Below, one piece after another: positions 7,260 to 13,298 of a DNA stretch of 15,170 nucleotides. Both the position numbers and the translations under genes were made by a program. The stretch is from Gemmatimonadota bacterium. Lineage in GTDB: Bacteria; Gemmatimonadota; Gemmatimonadetes; Longimicrobiales; Gaopeijiaceae. How positions within the stretch are numbered: position 1 is the stretch's first letter; each line of letters opens with the position of its first letter. Below the pieces are notes generated by a model, which was not told the origin of the DNA, ran no database searches, and saw only the letters and a program-made list of their open reading frames with translations. The DNA lies in the NCBI GenBank assembly GCA_039589315.1, contig JBDHHQ010000161.1, positions 1-15,170 of the forward strand. The letters run 5' to 3'.

Positions 7260-8159
7260 TTGAACACGATAACCGCGGATCGGGCGGCCGAACCGCCCCT
7301 GGGCGACTTGATTCGCCGCTGGCGCCGGCGCCGGGGCATGAGCCAATCGCGCCTCGCCCACCGGGCCGGGATCTCTCCTCGGCACATGAGCTTCGTAGAG
7401 ACGGGACGATCCCGGCCGAGCCGTGAGGTGCTGATCCGGATCGCCGGCGAGCTCGAGGTTCCGCTCAGAGAAGAAAACGCGCTGATGGAGTCGGCCGGGT
7501 ATGCGCGTCGCTACCGGGAGTCCAAGCTCACCGAGCCGGCCCTCGCGCACATCCGCACCGTCCTGCGGTTTCTCCTCGATCGGCACGAGCCCAACCCGGC
7601 GCTGGTCATCGATGGAAACTGGGACATCGTGCTGGCGAACGAAGCTCACCGGCGCACGGTCAGGCAATTCTCGGGCGCCACCGAGCTACCGCCCGACGTG
7701 TCCGCCAACCTACTCCGACTGGCATTCCACCCCGGGGGACTCAGGAAGAGGATCGTGAATTGGCACGTGGTGGGACCTACTATCTTGGCGCGGGCCGAGG
7801 CGGAGCTCCGGGAGAGTCCGAGCGCGCGGGCGCTGGCCGAGGTGATTGCAGAGGTACGTGGCTACGGGCCGGTGGCACCGTTGGTCAGAGGGGCCGGCGT
7901 GCCTCCGGATCTGCTCCTGCCCATCCACCTGCGGACCGGTGACGTGGACATCCGGCTCCTGAGCGTCCTGGCCACCATCATCGCTCCCACCGACGTCACG
8001 GTGCAGGAGCTTCGCATCGAGACGTTCTTCCCGGCCGATGAGGAGAGCGAGCGGGCGTTACGCGAGGTCGGCGCAACGGAGGCCGCACGTGCCTGGCGGA
8101 GCACGAGGCGACGCACGCTGTGCCGGCTGGGCGATTGCGTCGCTCAGCAAAGCGCTTGA
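7260..8159 (+). CDS. XRE-family HTH regulator with a C-terminal MmyB-like ligand-binding domain
   Basis: HTH: LGDLIRRWRRRRGMSQSRLAHRAGISPRHMSFVETGRSRPSREV. C-terminal motifs HEPNPALVIDGNWDIVLAN, NLLRL.FHP.GLR..IVNW, DVTVQELRIETFFPAD. The in-frame TTG at 7260 with GAGGA at 7249-7253 is preferred over the ORF-track start at 7155. Confidence 0.9.
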   Translation: MNTITADRAAEPPLGDLIRRWRRRRGMSQSRLAHRAGISPRHMSFVETGRSRPSREVLIRIAGELEVPLREENALMESAGYARRYRESKLTEPALAHIRTVLRFLLDRHEPNPALVIDGNWDIVLANEAHRRTVRQFSGATELPPDVSANLLRLAFHPGGLRKRIVNWHVVGPTILARAEAELRESPSARALAEVIAEVRGYGPVAPLVRGAGVPPDLLLPIHLRTGDVDIRLLSVLATIIAPTDVTVQELRIETFFPADEESERALREVGATEAARAWRSTRRRTLCRLGDCVAQQSA

Positions 8160-8342
8160 TCGAAGGTGCTTCGGGCTGACCGTGTCGCGGAGCCGCGTGT
8201 GAACCCCGTACCCCTCCCCGGGCGTATCTACCTATAGCGCAGACCACATCGAGGAGGACTTGGGAGGGGCCCCCGCCAAGGCCCGACGGGCCGGGGAGGA
8301 GGGGGCCGATCTGCCGGTGGCTCGAGCGGCGAAGCGCCGTTG

Positions 8343-10187
8343 CTAGGTCAGATTGGCGAGGATCTGCGAAGGCGTCCTGAAGCGGTCGCAATGCGACCGG
8401 AACTCGGATCTGTCCAGTAGATTCGACACGTAGATTTCGGCGGTCACGGGGTAAGCCAGGGGGCGGGTCAACGAATGCGCGTGGACGGTGAACCTCCCGG
8501 GCTGCAACTGTCGTCCTTCCGCCGCGAAGACATCGACGACGGGCCGTTCGGCAAACGAAGCCCGTACTCGTTTCTGAGACCAACCGAGAAAGGCCCACAC
8601 CTTCGTCTTGCGGCGTTCCAGATCGTAGAACACCGGGACCATCATGCGGCCGTCGCGCGTCAGATCGATGTCGTCGTTGACCGAGTCGACCCAACCTTGG
8701 AAGGTCGAGATGTCTTCTGGCACACCTCGGGCGGAGCCCACGTCATGCTCCTCGTGGGGCACGACACCCAGTTCCATCAGCGAGGTGCAGCACGCCCCGT
8801 GGAAAAGAGCCGCCATCCGCTCGAGCTCATCGCCTAGTGGTACATCGACAGGCCCATCCTGCGTGAGACGGCGCATCTCGTTCAGAGCGGCCGCACCAAA
8901 GAAGCCGGCCAGATGCTCACGGACGAATCGATATCCCTGGGCGCGTCGGCAGTAGTACTCAGCCAGCGGCTCGACGGTCAGATGGGGCCGGATGGAGAGC
9001 TCGATGACCCGCTGTTCGAACGGGAAAGGTGCGGCCCCGGCCGCCAGTGGGATCTCGAGTTGTTTGACGTGCGTCTCGCGAGTCAAGGCGAGGATGCCTT
9101 TGAGGAGCTCGAGCAGCTGCTCCCGGTACGCTTCGCTCAGTCTCAACTTCGGCGCTTCCCGCGCCACATCGGGTCGGACGAGCGATTCGAGCGCCCACGT
9201 CTGGATGTCGTACCACCCCGAATCGGGCCGGGGGGACAGCACTACCCGGCCGGAGCGAACGTGCTCGATGAACGCGTCCGCAAGACTGAATCCCTCGGGA
9301 ATGGGCTGAGCACCGTAGAGTCTCTTGACCAGGTCGCCCTCATGCGACTTTGACGGCGGGAAGAAGCGTACTGCGCCGTCATCCGGAAGCGTGATCTCCC
9401 CCTCGTCGTTCAGGGCTTCCATGAACGGGCGGAGATCGTAGCCACTGAACGGATTCGTAAGCCTGGCTATGAGCTCGAGGAGGCGGGCATACGCGTCCCG
9501 ATCGTGGGGGTCACCCCGTAGGGCCTCGGACAATTCCGTAAGGCCGCGAGGCGTCTCGAGCGGTGTCTGGAGGACGCGATCCTGCTGGAAGATGCGCGAT
9601 AACCGCTCCGACCATGAGTAGAACCCGAGCGGCTTCGAGCTGAGCGAGTCGCGAAGGAAATCGTCGATCACTCCCTGCGCCGCGGCCCACTGGGTCTCGT
9701 TGGCGTCGGCCGTGTGTCCGCCCAGTCGACAGGCCGCGAGCACGATCGACAGTCCGTCGCTCACACGCCCCTGCCGAGCCAGACGTGTCCCGATGGATTC
9801 GAGCAGCCTGCCTTTGCCGGAGAAGTCCCCCAGCCCTTCCTGAGCCGCGAGCTCCACGGCCGCGTAGAGGCCATCGTCGAATTGCTTGGCCTTGAACGCA
9901 AGAACCGACGCGGACACGAAGGATTCGGCTCGCATATCGGCGAGAGTAGCGTGCACCGGAGCCTCGAAGGACTGGGGGTGGCTCTCGGCGGTCTGTGAGG
10001 GCGTGAGAGGGCCCGTGGGGGCGGTGGTGGCGTCGTTCTCACGGAGCAGGCTCGCCTCGCCGAACGAAGCCCGATCCTCGGGGATGTCGAGCCGCAGCAC
10101 CTGCCGAGTCAGGTCGAGTCTGAGGCGATGATCCTGCTGCGTTTCTTCGCGAACCACACGGTCGTTCACGATCTTGACGCGACCCAT
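8343..10187 (-). CDS. Hypothetical protein (614 aa), possible remote DUF3160-like homologue
   Basis: Long ORF with globular-protein composition, an ATG start and GGGAG upstream. No signal peptide or TM segment is evident. The DUF3160 resemblance is only by-eye motif order. Confidence 0.8.
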   Translation of the reverse strand: MGRVKIVNDRVVREETQQDHRLRLDLTRQVLRLDIPEDRASFGEASLLRENDATTAPTGPLTPSQTAESHPQSFEAPVHATLADMRAESFVSASVLAFKAKQFDDGLYAAVELAAQEGLGDFSGKGRLLESIGTRLARQGRVSDGLSIVLAACRLGGHTADANETQWAAAQGVIDDFLRDSLSSKPLGFYSWSERLSRIFQQDRVLQTPLETPRGLTELSEALRGDPHDRDAYARLLELIARLTNPFSGYDLRPFMEALNDEGEITLPDDGAVRFFPPSKSHEGDLVKRLYGAQPIPEGFSLADAFIEHVRSGRVVLSPRPDSGWYDIQTWALESLVRPDVAREAPKLRLSEAYREQLLELLKGILALTRETHVKQLEIPLAAGAAPFPFEQRVIELSIRPHLTVEPLAEYYCRRAQGYRFVREHLAGFFGAAALNEMRRLTQDGPVDVPLGDELERMAALFHGACCTSLMELGVVPHEEHDVGSARGVPEDISTFQGWVDSVNDDIDLTRDGRMMVPVFYDLERRKTKVWAFLGWSQKRVRASFAERPVVDVFAAEGRQLQPGRFTVHAHSLTRPLAYPVTAEIYVSNLLDRSEFRSHCDRFRTPSQILANLT

Positions 10188-10233
10188 TGTCTCACTCCCG
10201 GGCGCCAGGCGTCGACTCCTATGTCAGACTACA

Positions 10234-10291
10234 CGCCATCGCCTCGAGGAGAAAGCGGTATCGCTGCCACTCGAGGCGCTGCTTGATGGCG
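10234..10291. other. Nested imperfect stem-loop in the intergenic region
   Basis: CGCCATC(10234-40)/GATGGCG(10285-91), GCCTCGAG(10241-48)/CTCGAGGC(10270-77), AGCG(10254-57)/CGCT(10262-65). Confidence 0.45.
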
Positions 10292-10331
10292 CTGGCCCAC
10301 CGCCTGGAGGGATGTCTGGCGCACGGTTTCA

Positions 10332-11456
10332 TCACAACACGATCCCGAACAGCCCGAGCGCTCCCAGGCCCAAGATGAGGAGGGCGAAGGTGCCTACGAT
10401 CACCAGAGCACTCCGGTTGCCGTAGTTGAGGGAATAGCCGATGCCGAAGCGTTTCTCGACCATGATCGAGGGGTCGTCCCGGTCGACGTAGAACATCCCC
10501 AGGATCCAATGGGCGTTGTCGGCGAGCCCGCCGGTGAGCGGCATCTCCGCGGTGGCTGATTCCCGCAGCGCTCCTCCTTGGCCGTGGGCCTTCAGGATCC
10601 AGATCAGGCTCGCCACCATGAACAGGAGCATCGCTCCGCTCAGCGCGAAGACGGCCCAGAGGAAACCGGTTCGCCCGAGCCCCGTGCGAACGATGTGGGC
10701 TGAGAGCACGGTCAGCACAGCGCAGATGAAGAGGGCGGTCCCACTGAACACGTTGGCCATGAGGGTGCGGAAGGACTCCTGCGCCTCGGCGGAACCTCCT
10801 CCCGATCCACCCCGCACTGAGCGCTTGGCTCCGGCCGTGAGTAGGCCCATCAACGCGAAGAACGGGCTCAGCACCAGGTTCAGCGTCGGCACGAACAGGA
10901 CGGTGATCACAGACTTCGGGGACAGCTCGGCTGATCCGCCGACCCCACCGAACGCATCGGGCACCAAGGGCGGCATGACACGGTAGCTCAGCGTGGCGTA
11001 CACGACGGTACCGAGGCTCAGCGCGACGCAGATCCCGAGCGCAGTCTTCGCCAGTCGCTCTCCGGTCCGGGCCGGAGCCACTAGCGGGACCGTGACCAAC
11101 TCGACGCGTCGAACGGACTCCGGCGGAGTGAGACGGCGCGCCATCGAGTAATGCCGGACGTACAACCCCAGGGCGGCGAGGAGGAGGACGGCGGTGCCTG
11201 TCAGATTCCCCGTCACCGGGCGCCCCGCCAGGCTGATGCCGTAGCCCACCATGAGAGATATTGCCATCACGATCAGACAGCCCCGGTCCCAACTCCGCAC
11301 GAGCTGCCGGGCAGGCTCGCCGTCAGCGACCTCCTCGCCCACGTAGGCGCCCAGGAGCAGGCCTTTGCGCGTGACACGCGGGAGCGCGACGAGGAGCCCG
11401 CCGACCAGGAACACTCGAAGTGTCAGGAACGCGTTGACAACGATCGCTTCACCCAT
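10332..11456 (-). CDS. DUF5808-domain (DUF1648/DUF5808-type) multi-pass membrane protein
   Basis: About 7-8 hydrophobic segments. The C-terminal HWILGMFYVDRDDPSIMVEKRFGIGYSLNYGN is the DUF5808 signature. ATG 11456 is preferred because AGGAG is 7 nt upstream of it but only 1 nt from ATG 11462. It overlaps the GntR stop by 8 nt. Confidence 0.88.
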   Translation of the reverse strand: MGEAIVVNAFLTLRVFLVGGLLVALPRVTRKGLLLGAYVGEEVADGEPARQLVRSWDRGCLIVMAISLMVGYGISLAGRPVTGNLTGTAVLLLAALGLYVRHYSMARRLTPPESVRRVELVTVPLVAPARTGERLAKTALGICVALSLGTVVYATLSYRVMPPLVPDAFGGVGGSAELSPKSVITVLFVPTLNLVLSPFFALMGLLTAGAKRSVRGGSGGGSAEAQESFRTLMANVFSGTALFICAVLTVLSAHIVRTGLGRTGFLWAVFALSGAMLLFMVASLIWILKAHGQGGALRESATAEMPLTGGLADNAHWILGMFYVDRDDPSIMVEKRFGIGYSLNYGNRSALVIVGTFALLILGLGALGLFGIVL

Positions 11457-11856
11457 GGCCATGCTCCTGTCCGGGCCGGGTCCCCAGAGCGTCGACCTCG
11501 CGGCGAACCACCTTCATGAGCTCGCCCGTCGTCATACCCGTCTGCCGGAGCCGCGCGAGCGTGACTCTCATCTGGTCCAACAGCTTGCTGCGGGCTGCGT
11601 GATCCACCTCGGCGGGTGGTGCGGCGACGGTCACGCCGGCCCGGTCACGAATCGCGAGGAAGCCCTCGGCCTCCAGTAGGCGGTAGGCCCGGGCGATGGT
11701 GTTCAGGTTGACGCCCAGATCCCGGGCGAGCTGGCGGACCGACGGCAGCGCGGTTCCCGGCGCCAGCTCGTCCGCCGAGATCAGCCGGCGAATCTGATCC
11801 GCCACCTGCTCGTAGACAGGCTGCTGGTGGCACCGGTCGATCGTGAGCGTCACCAT
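11449..11856 (-). CDS. GntR-family transcriptional regulator, YtrA/YhcF subfamily
   Basis: PVYEQVADQIRRLI..ELAPGTALPSVRQLARDLGVNLNTIARAYRLLEAEG followed by a short helical C-terminal domain; 135 aa. Confidence 0.93.
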   Translation of the reverse strand: MVTLTIDRCHQQPVYEQVADQIRRLISADELAPGTALPSVRQLARDLGVNLNTIARAYRLLEAEGFLAIRDRAGVTVAAPPAEVDHAARSKLLDQMRVTLARLRQTGMTTGELMKVVRREVDALGTRPGQEHGHG

Positions 11857-11862
11857 GCCTCA

Positions 11863-11891
11863 ACTGTATACAGAATTGTATACAGAAGCAA
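11863..11891 (-). promoter_or_regulatory. Promoter (TTGCTT-17-TACAGT) overlapped by the operator TGTATACA-N4-TGTATACA
   Basis: -35 at 11891-11886 and -10 at 11868-11863, 6 nt before ATG 11856. Two TGTATACA palindromes lie at 11865-11872 and 11877-11884. Confidence 0.72.
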
Positions 11892-11924
11892 GGTGACGAG
11901 ATGGCTTGATTGCGTTCAGGACCG

Positions 11925-11977
11925 TCTCCTGTGCCCACGCTCCGGAGGGCCGAAGTGAGGCTGGGAGGCACAGAAGA
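11925..11977 (-). terminator. Possible 3' stem-loop after the DUF2652 gene (no U-tract)
   Basis: Minus-strand UCUUCUGUGCC...GGCACAGGAGA forms an 11-bp stem with one G-U pair and a 31-nt loop, about 15 nt after the stop codon. Confidence 0.3.
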
Positions 11978-11992
11978 GGAGCGATGCCAACC

Positions 11993-13039
11993 CTACTGTT
12001 CGCAGTACTCCTTGAAGGCCTCCAACGACGCTGCGGCATTCGACATATACTGGTGCTTCAGGTCGTCCGGGGCAGACGGATCGTCTCGCCAGGCAACGTC
12101 GACGCGCAACTTGGTGGCGCCCGACTCAGCGGTGAGCGTAAAGGTCTGTTGCTGCGCGAACGGCATCCCCCTGAATGCTACGACCTCGCTGTAGATGGCC
12201 CGATCCAGACCGATCTCACCATGAAGGAGCGTGACGTCCACGGCCATACCGTCGAAGTGGCAGGTATGCTGTTCCTCGATCCGGGCGGTGATATCCTGAC
12301 GCTCGATCTCTTGCAGCCCGACGACCCAATCCCGCTTGCCTTCCGTGTCGATCAACCTCGCGTACACGGTCAGGAGCGGAGCCGCGATCTCCAGGCTCAT
12401 GGCGTCGTCGCCCTCCGGAATGACCGGTGTAGACCGCGGCGTGGGTTCCGGAATGTGAGCTCGCACGTCATCCAGCATCGCGTAGTGGATAACGACCTCC
12501 CCGATGTCGGCATAGCTCTGGACCGAGTCCTGCCAGTTCAGATCGCAGCCTAGTCCCTGCTCGAGCTGCTCGAGGTACGGGTCGGTAACCAGCACGTACT
12601 CTTCGGCCTGGATGTCGTTCTTCAGCAGGCGGTGGGCGACGATCATGTCGAGCCCAGACGCCTTCCTGAAGTTGGCGACCGAGATCTCCTTCAAGGGGCC
12701 GAAGTGGGCCACGAACTTGAGCCCTAGATCCGAGGCGCCCTGGCAGGCCCCGCACTGACAGATGGAGTCCCGCTCGATGATCTTCAGACGCCGATGGAAG
12801 TTGCCGAACGTGGTGAGGCACTGCTTCACGAGATCGTCGCAAGGGATGGCGCCGCCAGTCTTGTAGAACAGCACTGCGTCGCCCTCGATCTCCGACACGG
12901 TCAGCCCCAGCGTGTCGGCTTCGACGATCAGCTCGAGTAGCTCGTTGACGATGTGCGAGCTGTGCTCGAGCTCGGTGCTCGAGATGAAGTCGGTATAGCC
13001 CTTCATGTCAGCGATCAGGATCGTGGCGGGCTGGATCAT
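11993..13039 (-). CDS. DUF2652-domain (class III nucleotide cyclase-like) protein with a C-terminal SRPBCC/START-like domain
   Basis: From ATG 13039 (GGAG upstream): ILIADMKGYTDF..ELEHS..EIEGDAVLFY..CQCGAC..LGLKFVAHFG..GLDMIVAHRLLKN. The C-terminus reads SLEIAAPLLTVYARLID..DWVVG..ATKLRVDV..AASLEAFKEYCE. The ORF-track extension to 13300 looks non-coding. Confidence 0.85.
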   Translation of the reverse strand: MIQPATILIADMKGYTDFISSTELEHSSHIVNELLELIVEADTLGLTVSEIEGDAVLFYKTGGAIPCDDLVKQCLTTFGNFHRRLKIIERDSICQCGACQGASDLGLKFVAHFGPLKEISVANFRKASGLDMIVAHRLLKNDIQAEEYVLVTDPYLEQLEQGLGCDLNWQDSVQSYADIGEVVIHYAMLDDVRAHIPEPTPRSTPVIPEGDDAMSLEIAAPLLTVYARLIDTEGKRDWVVGLQEIERQDITARIEEQHTCHFDGMAVDVTLLHGEIGLDRAIYSEVVAFRGMPFAQQQTFTLTAESGATKLRVDVAWRDDPSAPDDLKHQYMSNAAASLEAFKEYCEQ

Positions 13040-13298
13040 TTCGCTGGTCTCCGTGGGCTCGGTTCGGGGGGCCGAAGTCTGCGGTACCCTCAAGGTGTCA
13101 GGATGCGGGGGGCAGTCCCGGTCCGGCAAGATCGGGAGCCCGCGCCGCCTCCCATGGAGGCCGGGATGGCCAGGAGCTGCGCCGTTCAATGCCATCCGCC
13201 GCGGGGTGCAGCGCTCCAGGGCGATGACCGGTTTCCGCGGTCCTTTGCGCATCCTAGGGGCGGTTGTCACACCTGGGCTCACACCGACCCCGCCAGAC

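Noticed and set aside
10219..11292. 357-aa Arg/Pro-rich minus-strand ORF
   Set aside because: Alternative frame of the DUF5808 gene with low-complexity composition.
3250..13039. DUF2652 cyclase-like gene and HD-GYP as one synthase/degrader or CBASS/Pycsar-like defence system
   Set aside because: They are about 7.5 kb apart and separated by unrelated units. No adjacent effector or other defence genes are present, so linkage is unsupported.
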